Notes under the pieces: generated by a model | Databases searched by the model: none | Told to the model about the DNA's origin: nothing | The model's input: only the letters and a program-made list of their open reading frames with translations | Shown: in pieces, positions 1-9,080 of the stretch | Layout: the number at the start of each line of letters is the position of its first letter | Position numbering within the stretch: the first letter of the stretch is position 1 | Made by a program: the position numbers and the translations under genes | Source of the DNA: Promethearchaeota archaeon | Lineage (GTDB): Archaea; Asgardarchaeota; Lokiarchaeia; Sigyniarchaeales; SOKP01 | DNA: 28,040 nt | NCBI GenBank assembly: GCA_019058365.1 | Contig: JAHPZE010000043.1 | Coordinates: forward strand, 1-28,040 | Direction: 5' to 3'

Positions 1-63
1 ATAGAAAAATAACAAAAAAGAATTAAAAAAATTAAGAGCAAAATTTACTCAATTTCTATTATT

Positions 64-1200
64 TTATTTTTTTTTTGGAGGGAAAAGTATTACAGTTCTA
101 GGACCTTCAATTAGAGATATTGCATTTTCGGGGCAGAAATATGCACATACACCACAACCAATACATAATTCTTCTATTCTTTCTGCTTTATTATCATCAT
201 TTAATTCAATTGCTTTATTATAACATTTCTCAACGCATGTGCCACATCCTATACATAGATCATGATCTATACTAGATAGGTAATTAGTTGCATTAGCTAC
301 AGGAAAAATCAAGGACTCCCTTGCAGTTAAACAACAACAACTACAACAATTACAAACTGCCACTTCATCTTTGTTAATATCACTATGTAAATGATATGCT
401 TTATGAACTAATCCGGCTTCTTCACACTTCTTTAAGATTTTTAATGCTTCCTCTTTGGATACTAAAGTTGAGAAGCCATGATTAGAAGTATGCCTAGCAG
501 ACTTGCCTAGAGTAAAACAAGTTGGCGTAAGTTCAATCTGTTTACACGGATTACCTAAAAACTCATTATGTTGCCTGCAATAACAATACCCTACTGCTAT
601 ATCGTCATATTTTTCAATTAACTCTTTAATTTTTTGGGTCGGTAATATTTTTTCTGTAGGAACTTCTATTTCTTCATTTACAATGATATTAATACCATCA
701 CCCGTCTCTTGGTTCTCCAAAATTGGAACAGTTCTATCTATAGGTGGTAAATTTTTTAATGTTGATTCAAATCTCTCTTGATTTGAATAAAAAAGATCTT
801 TTATTTCTTCATTAAATTCATGAAATAATTTTGCTAGCTGATCATTTTCTCCTGTTTTATCAAGTTTTTTCATGAAGTTATATTCCAATTGTCTAGCAAT
901 TGGGAGTAACCGATAAACCGTAACACCTTTACTATTTGGTTGGTTAAATAGTACACCTCTCTTCGCAAGAGCTTCAACTTTTTTTAAAATTTCTTCTTCA
1001 GATAATCCACTGCTTTCTTTCAATTGCTCCATCGTTTGTGAGATATCCTTCTTAAATGCCATTACAAGATCCAAATTTTCTTCTTTAATATTAAATTTTA
1101 AAATATTAAGAGTAGTTTTGGTAATTGGATAAGGAAACACCCCTGCTTTGTTGAGTATATTAGCAGCTTTCTGATATTCTGCTTCAATTTCATTTGCCAT
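64..1200 (-). CDS. 4Fe-4S dicluster-domain protein with N-terminal wHTH-like region and Cys-rich CNCCSCCC motif (uncharacterised redox protein family)
   Basis: C-terminal ferredoxin motifs CIGCGTCVEKC and CIGCGVCAYFCP; internal CYCR and CNCCSCCC clusters; N-terminal 'MEQLKESSGLSEEEILKKVEALAKRGVLF' resembles a winged helix. Confidence 0.8.
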   Translation of the reverse strand: MANEIEAEYQKAANILNKAGVFPYPITKTTLNILKFNIKEENLDLVMAFKKDISQTMEQLKESSGLSEEEILKKVEALAKRGVLFNQPNSKGVTVYRLLPIARQLEYNFMKKLDKTGENDQLAKLFHEFNEEIKDLFYSNQERFESTLKNLPPIDRTVPILENQETGDGINIIVNEEIEVPTEKILPTQKIKELIEKYDDIAVGYCYCRQHNEFLGNPCKQIELTPTCFTLGKSARHTSNHGFSTLVSKEEALKILKKCEEAGLVHKAYHLHSDINKDEVAVCNCCSCCCLTARESLIFPVANATNYLSSIDHDLCIGCGTCVEKCYNKAIELNDDNKAERIEELCIGCGVCAYFCPENAISLIEGPRTVILFPPKKK

Positions 1201-1526
1201 ATTTAAAACCTGTTAATTTTTTTTATTTTATCATATTATCTTGAATTTAATAATTTTAATTTGTAATAGTTGTTAACTAATATTTTTTTCCCATATGCGT
1301 AAATATAATTTGAACGAATATCATCTATGTTAGAAATCTTAAAAACTAATAAATTAGGATGATAATAAACAATGATTTATTGTCTGTTCATCTAAATTTG
1401 CGTGAGTGAGATATAATAAAAATTTTTGTTTATTGAGAAACTACTATATAAAATGAAATTTCATACTAAATATATTTAAAATTTTATTGAAGAATATATA
1501 TAATTATCAAAATAATATTTAACTAA

Positions 1527-3176
1527 GTGAAAATAGTGGTTAAATTCAAAAGAGGTCATCTTTATTATCCCGAAGTTCCTATTTATAAAGTTTTAGAAGA
1601 CACTGTTAAAAGATTTCCAGGTAGACCTGCCTTTTTATACCCTAAGAAAATAACCTTCAAACAATTTCAAGAACAAGTTGATATATTTGCTACAGCATTG
1701 AAAAATTTAGGAGTAGAAAAGGGAGATAGAGTGGCTTTGTATGGTCCTAATTCAATTCAATGGGAAATTTCATTTTTTGGATTAGAAAAAGCAGGAGCTA
1801 TTTTAGTCCCTATGAACCCACAATTTAAAGAAACAGAGGTACAGTATGAATTAAATGACTCTGAAGCTGAAACTATTATCGTTTCCCTACTCGAATATAA
1901 ATATGTAGTTGCAGTTAAAGATAAAACAAAAATTAAAAATATTATAGTTATAGAATCAGAAGAAGAATCAGAAATACCAAACGGAACTATTGGTTGGTCA
2001 GAAATAATGGGAAAAACCAATCCAGATCCTCCAGAATGCGAATTCAATGTAAAAGAGGATCTTGCAGCACTAGTATACACGAGTGGAACAACGGGATTGC
2101 CAAAAGGAACCATGCTTACCCATTATAACATTGTATCGAATATAGTTCAAGTATCTCAAACTTTTGAGTTAAATGAATTGGATATTGCTATTATAGTACT
2201 CCCTCTTTATCATATTTATGGTCTAAACGTGGGAATGAATCAAGCAATATTGCTAGGTGCCGCACAGGTAGTGACTCCTCGATTTAAAGTAAAAGAGTTC
2301 TGCGAACTTATTGAAAAATATAAAGTATCATATAGTCTTTGCGTACCTCCGATATTTCTTGATGTAGTTAGACATCTCGAAGACCAAAATATAAAGGGAT
2401 ATGATTGGACAAATTTGAAAATCTTTAATAATGGTGCCGCACCGATCCCTCTTGAGCTTCTTGAAAGATTTGATAAACTCGCAAAAGAGAAGTGCAATGC
2501 TAAAGAAGCAACTATTCAACATGGTTGGGGTTTAACTGAGGCTTCTCCAGTTGTAGCTGTAAATCCAATGTATCGTCGCAAAATGGAATCACAAGGTACT
2601 TTACTTTCAGATACATTTCATAAAATAATTGATTTAAAGACGGGTAAAGAATTACCTGAACGTGGTCAGGTTGGTGAACTAGTTATTAAGGGACCTCAGG
2701 TCATGAAAGGTTATTGGAAAAGACCTAAAGCTACTGAAGAAGCCTTTTGGATTGATCCTAAAACAGGAGAAAAATGGCTTAGAACTGGTGACATGGCTTA
2801 TATAGATGATGAAGAGTATGAACATCTTCTGGACCGTATCAAAGAAATGATAAAATATAAAGGATGGAGCATCGCACCCGCTGAACTTGAAGATTTGATT
2901 TTTAAGAATCCGCATGTGTTTGATGCTGCTGTCATTGGTAAACCGTCTCTAGAATTAGATATTGGTCAAATTCCAAAAGCATTTATCATCTTAAAATTAG
3001 AGTCTAAAGGAAAGGTAACTGAGCAAGAAATTATGGATTGGGTTGCTGAAAGGATATCAGCTTATAAAAAGATACGTGAGGTTGAATTTGTTGATGAAAT
3101 TCCAAAATCAGGTTCAGGTAAAATATTACGTAGGGAATTAGTAGAACTAGAAAAACAGAGATTGGAAATAAAATAA
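1527..3176 (+). CDS. Long-chain fatty acid--CoA ligase (AMP-forming acyl-CoA synthetase, ANL superfamily)
   Basis: AMP-binding signature YTSGTTGLPKG, GWGLTEASP, WLRTGD and terminal PKSGSGKILRR lysine motif; GTG start. Confidence 0.92.
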   Translation: MKIVVKFKRGHLYYPEVPIYKVLEDTVKRFPGRPAFLYPKKITFKQFQEQVDIFATALKNLGVEKGDRVALYGPNSIQWEISFFGLEKAGAILVPMNPQFKETEVQYELNDSEAETIIVSLLEYKYVVAVKDKTKIKNIIVIESEEESEIPNGTIGWSEIMGKTNPDPPECEFNVKEDLAALVYTSGTTGLPKGTMLTHYNIVSNIVQVSQTFELNELDIAIIVLPLYHIYGLNVGMNQAILLGAAQVVTPRFKVKEFCELIEKYKVSYSLCVPPIFLDVVRHLEDQNIKGYDWTNLKIFNNGAAPIPLELLERFDKLAKEKCNAKEATIQHGWGLTEASPVVAVNPMYRRKMESQGTLLSDTFHKIIDLKTGKELPERGQVGELVIKGPQVMKGYWKRPKATEEAFWIDPKTGEKWLRTGDMAYIDDEEYEHLLDRIKEMIKYKGWSIAPAELEDLIFKNPHVFDAAVIGKPSLELDIGQIPKAFIILKLESKGKVTEQEIMDWVAERISAYKKIREVEFVDEIPKSGSGKILRRELVELEKQRLEIK

Positions 3177-3268
3177 ATTATTCTAGTTCTAACTTTTTAT
3201 CTTTACTTAATCATAAAGGATTTGAAATATTAAGTTTAATATATGAATTCATTATTAGAGTTGAAAAA

Positions 3269-3925
3269 ATGTTGATTAAAAATGGGGAACTTACAAGAGA
3301 GTTAATAAATTATTGTGATAATATTGGTATTGATCTAGTGGGTTTTGCAAATCCAGAACTCTTTGCTAAATATCAGTTAGATAATAGACCTTCCTCATTT
3401 TTAGAAATACCAAAATCAGTTGTAATTATTGGGCTTTATTTATACGATTTAATTCTCGATGCGTGGAGTAAAGATGAGAATAAATATATGAATTATCACT
3501 ATGCTGATTCGATTCTTGTTAATCAATGTCATAAAATTAAAAACTATTTAGCTAAAAATGGTTTTAAATCAAAAATTATTCCATATAAACCAGGTCTTTT
3601 TCTAAAGGAAGCAGCAGCATTAGCAGGTATAGGTCCAATTGGAAAAAATAATTTACTAATAACAGCAAAATATGGTTCACAAGTGAGATTAAGGGCTTTA
3701 GCAACCGAAGCACCGTTATTAAACGGAAATCCAATTTATGAAAGCAATTATTGCATTGATTGTGATATTTGTATTGAAGCTTGCCCTGCTAATGCTTTTT
3801 CAGAAGGCAAATATAATAAGGATGCTTGTTTAGCATATTGTCTAGCAAATTTGAAGAAACTATCAGATAATACGGTGCTATGGTGTAATATCTGTATCGA
3901 ATGTTGTCCCATAGGAAAAGATTAG
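3269..3925 (+). CDS. Epoxyqueuosine reductase (QueG)-like / reductive-dehalogenase-like protein with two 4Fe-4S clusters
   Basis: KEAAALAGIGPIGKNNLLITAKYGSQVRL motif typical of the QueG/RdhA fold; CIDCDICIEACP and CNICIECCP cluster motifs. Confidence 0.8.
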   Translation: MLIKNGELTRELINYCDNIGIDLVGFANPELFAKYQLDNRPSSFLEIPKSVVIIGLYLYDLILDAWSKDENKYMNYHYADSILVNQCHKIKNYLAKNGFKSKIIPYKPGLFLKEAAALAGIGPIGKNNLLITAKYGSQVRLRALATEAPLLNGNPIYESNYCIDCDICIEACPANAFSEGKYNKDACLAYCLANLKKLSDNTVLWCNICIECCPIGKD

Positions 3926-3954
3926 AATATATAAAAAGTTGGGAATCAATATAA

Positions 3955-5637
3955 TTATCCTTTGGACCTTTTATTTTTAATGCATTCTTTAATAAAATCC
4001 AAATAAATTGGAGAAGGATTATATGGACGAGATTTAAATTCAGGGTGAAATTGTGTACCAACCATCCAATGATCCTTTCTATCTAATTCAATACTATTAA
4101 TAATAGTTCCTGTTTCATCTCGGCTAGATACTCGCAAACCTTTTTCTTTTGCTTCAGTTGTTATAAATCTTTCTTGAATGTGAAATCTATGTCTATATCT
4201 TTCAAATATCTCTTTTTGTTTATATGCATTATAAAGCCGAGTATTCTTTTCAACTACTATTTTTTGAGCACCTAACCTCATTGTACCACCTTTTTCAGTG
4301 ACTTCTTTCTGAGTTTCTAAAATATCAACAACAGGATAAGGTGTATCAGGGTCAATTTCTGTTGAATTAGCATTTTTTAGACCGAGAAACTTTCTACAAA
4401 AGGCTACAAAAAATAATTGAGCTCCAAAGCAAATCCCTAAAAATGGCACTTTATTTTCCATAGCATATTCTGCTGATTTTATCATTCCCTCTACTGCTCT
4501 TTCCCCAAATCCGGGTGTAAGCAAAATTCCATCGCAATCTATCAATTGATCATTAAAATCTGTGTTTTCTTCAATGTTAATCATTTTAAGTTCTGTTTTA
4601 TATCCTAAATGAGCAGCAGCGTCTTCTAAAGCCACATTAATCGATATGTATGAATCTGAAATGTTAAAATATTTACCAGGCATAGCAATCTTCACTATTT
4701 TTTTAGCTTTTTTGAATAATTCAACCATTTTCACCCACTCTGAGTAATTACTCACTTCACTATAAACTACTAATTTTGCTTTCAAATCTATGAGTTCGCA
4801 AATTAGATCTCCTAATCCCTGTTCCTCGAATAATAAAGGTAACTCATACACAATTTCTAAATCAGGATTTGAAATTACAGCATTTTCTGGTACGTTAGAG
4901 AACAATGATATTTTTCTTTTAATATCTTTATCTAAAGGTTTTTCACTTCTCCCAATAATTATATCTGGTTGTAATCCTAAACTTTGAAGCATTTTAACAG
5001 AATGCTGAGTGGGTTTAGATTTTTGTTGCCCCACTGCTTTAGAATAAGGGATAAGAGTTACATGAACAAATGCAGTACGTTTAGGATACTCTAATTTTAA
5101 TTGTCGAAATGCTTCTAAAAATATGCTTGACTCCAAATCTCCTACTGTACCTCCACATTCAATTAATAGAACATCTAGATCTTCTTTTTCTGCAATTTCC
5201 ATTAATCTTTCTTTAATTATATTTGTCACATGGGGGATTATCTGAACAGTTTTCCCTAAGAATTTCCCTTTTCTTTCGCTAAGGATGGTAGAAAGATATA
5301 TTTGACCTGATGTTATATTATGTGATGGGTGCATCTCAATTCCTAATATTCTCGAATAAGTTCCAAAATCTTGATCAATTTCAGAAATTCTATATGATCT
5401 TTCATCAGATCCATGCACCGGTCTAAAATCCCAAACATCTTCAGTAATAAAACATTCGCCATGCTCAACAGGATTTAAAGTTCCAGGATCAACATTTAAA
5501 TATGGATCAATTTTGACGACTGACACTTTAAAACCACGGAACTGAAGTACTTTACCAATACTTGCTGTTGCAACACCTTTACCAATTCCACTCATGACAC
5601 CTCCTGTCACAAATACGAATTTACTGTTAGAACTCAT
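3955..5637 (-). CDS. pyrG: CTP synthase
   Basis: FVTGGVMSGIGKG, KIDPYLNVDPGT, GGTVGDLES and KSKPTQHSV synthetase motifs; glutaminase triad GICFG ... QFHPEF. Confidence 0.97.
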   Translation of the reverse strand: MSSNSKFVFVTGGVMSGIGKGVATASIGKVLQFRGFKVSVVKIDPYLNVDPGTLNPVEHGECFITEDVWDFRPVHGSDERSYRISEIDQDFGTYSRILGIEMHPSHNITSGQIYLSTILSERKGKFLGKTVQIIPHVTNIIKERLMEIAEKEDLDVLLIECGGTVGDLESSIFLEAFRQLKLEYPKRTAFVHVTLIPYSKAVGQQKSKPTQHSVKMLQSLGLQPDIIIGRSEKPLDKDIKRKISLFSNVPENAVISNPDLEIVYELPLLFEEQGLGDLICELIDLKAKLVVYSEVSNYSEWVKMVELFKKAKKIVKIAMPGKYFNISDSYISINVALEDAAAHLGYKTELKMINIEENTDFNDQLIDCDGILLTPGFGERAVEGMIKSAEYAMENKVPFLGICFGAQLFFVAFCRKFLGLKNANSTEIDPDTPYPVVDILETQKEVTEKGGTMRLGAQKIVVEKNTRLYNAYKQKEIFERYRHRFHIQERFITTEAKEKGLRVSSRDETGTIINSIELDRKDHWMVGTQFHPEFKSRPYNPSPIYLDFIKECIKNKRSKG

Positions 5638-5741
5638 AATATCAACTTTTTTTTAACAGCAATTATAATATTTTTAAAATAAAATTATTAATATAAAACA
5701 CTTTTAATAAGAATTTCGATGATTTTCAAATTTGAGATTTT

Positions 5742-6575
5742 TTACTTTCCTTTAAAAACTGGGTTTTTTTTAGTTATTAATGATTTTGTCGCTGCCCTAA
5801 AATCACTGGTTTTCATAGATTCCCTAAGTGCTTCATTTTCTAAATCTAAAGTTCTTGCTAAAATATCTTTAAAATAAGCATGCATTACCTTTTTCATTCG
5901 ATTGAGAGCCATTGAAGGAGCTTTAGGCGGAATTAAACGTAGTGCTTGTTCTCTTGTAAAAGGTATTAAATCTTCATAAGGTAATACTTTGTTAACTAAT
6001 CCAAGTTTTTCTGCTTCACGAGCAGTCATTTTATCACCAAAATATATAATTTCTTTTGCTTTTTGGAAACCAATTAAAAATGGAAGAATAAAAGTTGAGC
6101 TAAATTCTGGAATTATTGCTCGTTTTACAAAATAAAATCCTAACCAAGCATCTTCTGAAATATAAATTAAATCAGCACCAACTAAAGGCAATGTAATTCC
6201 AATACCTATAGCTAATCCATTAATAGCAGCAATAACTGGTTTATTAAAATTCCAAAATTTCATACATAATCTTTTTTGGGCAATATCCATTAGATCGATT
6301 TCTTTCATTATTTCTGGAGGAATAGATGTTACATACTTCATATTGAAATATCCTCCTGAGGAAAAAGCATTAGCTTCTTCACAACCAGTCATTATTAGCA
6401 CTTTAGCATTCTTATCTTTTTCCATATCATCAAGAACAGTCCAAATTTCTAAAGAGGTAACATAAGATAGAGCATTTCTTCTTTCAGGAGTATTAAAGGT
6501 TAGAGTACAGATCCCATTTTCTTCTTTTTCATAAATAATTTCAGTCAAATTTTCAATATCCATTTCTAAATCCAT
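5742..6575 (-). CDS. Enoyl-CoA hydratase/isomerase (crotonase) family; residue pattern is closer to delta3-delta2 enoyl-CoA isomerase/PaaG type
   Basis: AFSSGG and KPVIAAINGLAIGIG motifs; the two hydratase Glu positions are not Glu (GIGITL; GFYF) while IIPEFSS resembles the isomerase PE-x-x-S segment. Confidence 0.88.
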   Translation of the reverse strand: MDLEMDIENLTEIIYEKEENGICTLTFNTPERRNALSYVTSLEIWTVLDDMEKDKNAKVLIMTGCEEANAFSSGGYFNMKYVTSIPPEIMKEIDLMDIAQKRLCMKFWNFNKPVIAAINGLAIGIGITLPLVGADLIYISEDAWLGFYFVKRAIIPEFSSTFILPFLIGFQKAKEIIYFGDKMTAREAEKLGLVNKVLPYEDLIPFTREQALRLIPPKAPSMALNRMKKVMHAYFKDILARTLDLENEALRESMKTSDFRAATKSLITKKNPVFKGK

Positions 6576-6631
6576 CTATTCTGTAAATATATAAATTAAA
6601 TATTAAAAAAATAAAAAAAATTCTATTATTA

Positions 6632-7912
6632 TTATAACATTTTAAATAACTGTCTTAAAGCGAGACTCATTATATATTTTTGAATTTGTGATGTTCCTCC
6701 TCCAACTTGACCTATTCTTGAAATCCCGATTAAATCACTCATTAAAGTATTGTCACACAACCCAGCGCCACCCATTAGATCCGCGCACCCAAAACATATG
6801 CGTTCGGAGAGTTTAGCACTTTGAGATTTCAATTGTGAAGCTGTAGCTACAAGAGCTAAATTGAAATTTTTTGGAAGAGTACCAAATTGCTCCATTTTCT
6901 CATCAATAATCTGACAAATATGTAAAGTCGCTAATGTCAAACTCATTGTTTTCGACCACATCTCTGTTAAAGGAAAGCCGACTCCTTGATACTTTAAAAT
7001 CTCCTGATTAAACTGCTTTCTCATGTTAACATAAATGACGGCATGAGATATCGCATTCCAACATTCTGCTACGTTTGCTAGTACAATACCTAATCTTTCA
7101 ATATTTAATCCTTCAAAAAGATACTCCCTCCCTAAACCCGGTTTTGCTAAAACATAATCTGGGGGAACTCTTAAATTAGTGAAAGTCTCTTTGCCTAAAT
7201 ACACTCGTGGTGTCCACGGGATGTTAATTCTTTCTACATTCCATCCTTCCCATGATGTATCTACTAAAAATTGAGCCATTGTATTCCCATTATTTTTTTC
7301 CGAAACAGCATAAACTATCGCCCAATCTGCTCTGGCACCATTAGTTTGATATATTTTTTCACCATTTAAAGTGAAACTACCATCCTCGTTTTCATTGCAA
7401 GTTGTAAGCATATGAACCGCATCAGATCCACGTTCTGGTTCAGTTATACAAATACATCCTATTTTTTCTCCAGTTACTAATTCTTTTAACGCCTTCAAGC
7501 GGACTTCGACATCTTCATGATGAAGCATTATAGGATTCACAGTTAATACACTTGCACCCATTCCCATAATTAATTGTGGATCAAAAAAATCGACTGCTAG
7601 GCAACGCATAAGTTCAGCAGTCATACCGTATGGGTCATAGTTTAAATCCACCTCATCAAACTTATTAATTCTTGTTACTAAGCCTTCTTTACCAATCTCA
7701 GGAATCCATTCGTATAAATCTTCATTATGAGTGATATTATGTTTTTTTTCAAATCTAATGAAGAATTTTTGCGCTTTCCTGAGAAAGTTAAAGTGTTTGG
7801 GTTTTAGTATGCTCATCAAGTTATTATTCAGAAAATTGTAGCGATTTTGTAGGTTCATTTTCTCTAAAATATCATCATTAATACATTGAACTTTTCCTTT
7901 TTTATTTTCCAT
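6632..7912 (-). CDS. Acyl-CoA dehydrogenase family protein
   Basis: CITEPERGSDA, LNGEKIYQTNG, RKQFNQEI, MGGAG and GGGTSQIQ. No C-terminal catalytic Glu, but LNIERL supplies an IVD/LCAD-type Glu. SD-like GGGAGTG upstream. Confidence 0.92.
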   Translation of the reverse strand: MENKKGKVQCINDDILEKMNLQNRYNFLNNNLMSILKPKHFNFLRKAQKFFIRFEKKHNITHNEDLYEWIPEIGKEGLVTRINKFDEVDLNYDPYGMTAELMRCLAVDFFDPQLIMGMGASVLTVNPIMLHHEDVEVRLKALKELVTGEKIGCICITEPERGSDAVHMLTTCNENEDGSFTLNGEKIYQTNGARADWAIVYAVSEKNNGNTMAQFLVDTSWEGWNVERINIPWTPRVYLGKETFTNLRVPPDYVLAKPGLGREYLFEGLNIERLGIVLANVAECWNAISHAVIYVNMRKQFNQEILKYQGVGFPLTEMWSKTMSLTLATLHICQIIDEKMEQFGTLPKNFNLALVATASQLKSQSAKLSERICFGCADLMGGAGLCDNTLMSDLIGISRIGQVGGGTSQIQKYIMSLALRQLFKML

Positions 7913-7932
7913 ATTAAGACCACTCCCTACTT

Positions 7933-7952
7933 TAGTTAAGAAATTTTAACTA
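7933..7952. promoter_or_regulatory. Inverted repeat TAGTTAA-N6-TTAACTA upstream of the acyl-CoA dehydrogenase gene (possible operator)
   Basis: Perfect 7-bp arms, lying between a minus-strand TTTATAAA box (~7984-7993) and the start codon. AT-rich context lowers significance. Confidence 0.3.
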
Positions 7953-8038
7953 TAATTACTAATAATCCAAATTCTTAATATAATTTTATAAAAAAAGAGA
8001 AAACTAAAAAAAAGAGAAAAAAAGTTGACGGAATTATT

Positions 8039-9070
8039 TCATTCAAAATCAACAAAGACTTTCAATTCATCATGAGGTGGATTAGCTAGTTTTTCAAACA
8101 TTTGAGTGACTTCATCTATTTTTATCCGATTAGTAATAATTGGTTCAACTTTTATCTTTCTCTGCTCAAGTAAACTTAGAGCAGTTTTATAGACATCTTG
8201 AGTATAACCATAAGTACCTTTTATTGTTATACTATTAATTGTTATTAATCGAGCATTATTAATTTCATATGAACTATCATGCATACCTATGATAGTAATA
8301 CATCCTCCTTTTTTAATCAAAGAAAGTGAAGTAGTTACTGTTGATGACAACCCAACGCAATCAAAGATATGGTCAGGACCGATTTTATCCGTTAATCTTA
8401 CAATCTTATTCCATAATTTTGGATCAAAAGCTTTATCTGCACCGAGTTCTATTGCTTTTTTCTGTTTTGATTCTACTGGTTCTAATACATAAATCTTATT
8501 TGCTCCTGATACTCTTAACACTTGAATTGCAAATAATCCAATTGGACCAGCTCCTATAATCGCAACGTTATCACCAATCTTAAAACTGGACTCTCGAATT
8601 CCTTGTATTACTATTGATAAAGGTTCTACAATCGCCCCATCTTCATAAGACACGTTTTCAGGTAATATATGTACTCTTTCTGCTTTTACATTAATAAAAT
8701 CACGCATGGCTCCATTTTCTGTAGTACCAAGTGCATAATTTTGTAATTTACACATATTTTCTTGATTACGAATACAGTAATAACATTCGTGACAAGGAAT
8801 TTGGGGATTAACTGTTACTCGATTTCCAAGTTTCAACTTTTTAACATTTTCACCAATCTCTACAATTTCTCCCGAAAATTCATGACCAATAATATTTCCC
8901 GGTATATATGGACCTCCAGTTTCATATGATCCAACGTCAGTCCCACAAATGCCTACTTTTTTAACTTTAATTAAAACTTCATCTGATTGAATGGAAGGCT
9001 TTTCAAATCCTTCCTCGATTAAAACACTTCCCTTTCCTTTAAAAACAGCTGCTTTCATGATTAAACTCAT
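8039..9070 (-). CDS. Zn-dependent alcohol dehydrogenase (MDR family; sorbitol/butanediol dehydrogenase-like)
   Basis: GICGTD and GHEFSG catalytic Zn motifs; structural Zn C-x2-C-x2-C-x7-C; GAGPIG Rossmann motif. Confidence 0.93.
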   Translation of the reverse strand: MSLIMKAAVFKGKGSVLIEEGFEKPSIQSDEVLIKVKKVGICGTDVGSYETGGPYIPGNIIGHEFSGEIVEIGENVKKLKLGNRVTVNPQIPCHECYYCIRNQENMCKLQNYALGTTENGAMRDFINVKAERVHILPENVSYEDGAIVEPLSIVIQGIRESSFKIGDNVAIIGAGPIGLFAIQVLRVSGANKIYVLEPVESKQKKAIELGADKAFDPKLWNKIVRLTDKIGPDHIFDCVGLSSTVTTSLSLIKKGGCITIIGMHDSSYEINNARLITINSITIKGTYGYTQDVYKTALSLLEQRKIKVEPIITNRIKIDEVTQMFEKLANPPHDELKVFVDFE

Positions 9071-9080
9071 TTAATCATTC

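Noticed and set aside
1201-1526. Small palindromes in the divergent region (ATGAAATTTCAT 1453-1464; GATAATAAA...TTTATTGTC)
   Set aside because: Single occurrences in extremely AT-rich DNA; not distinguishable from chance by eye.
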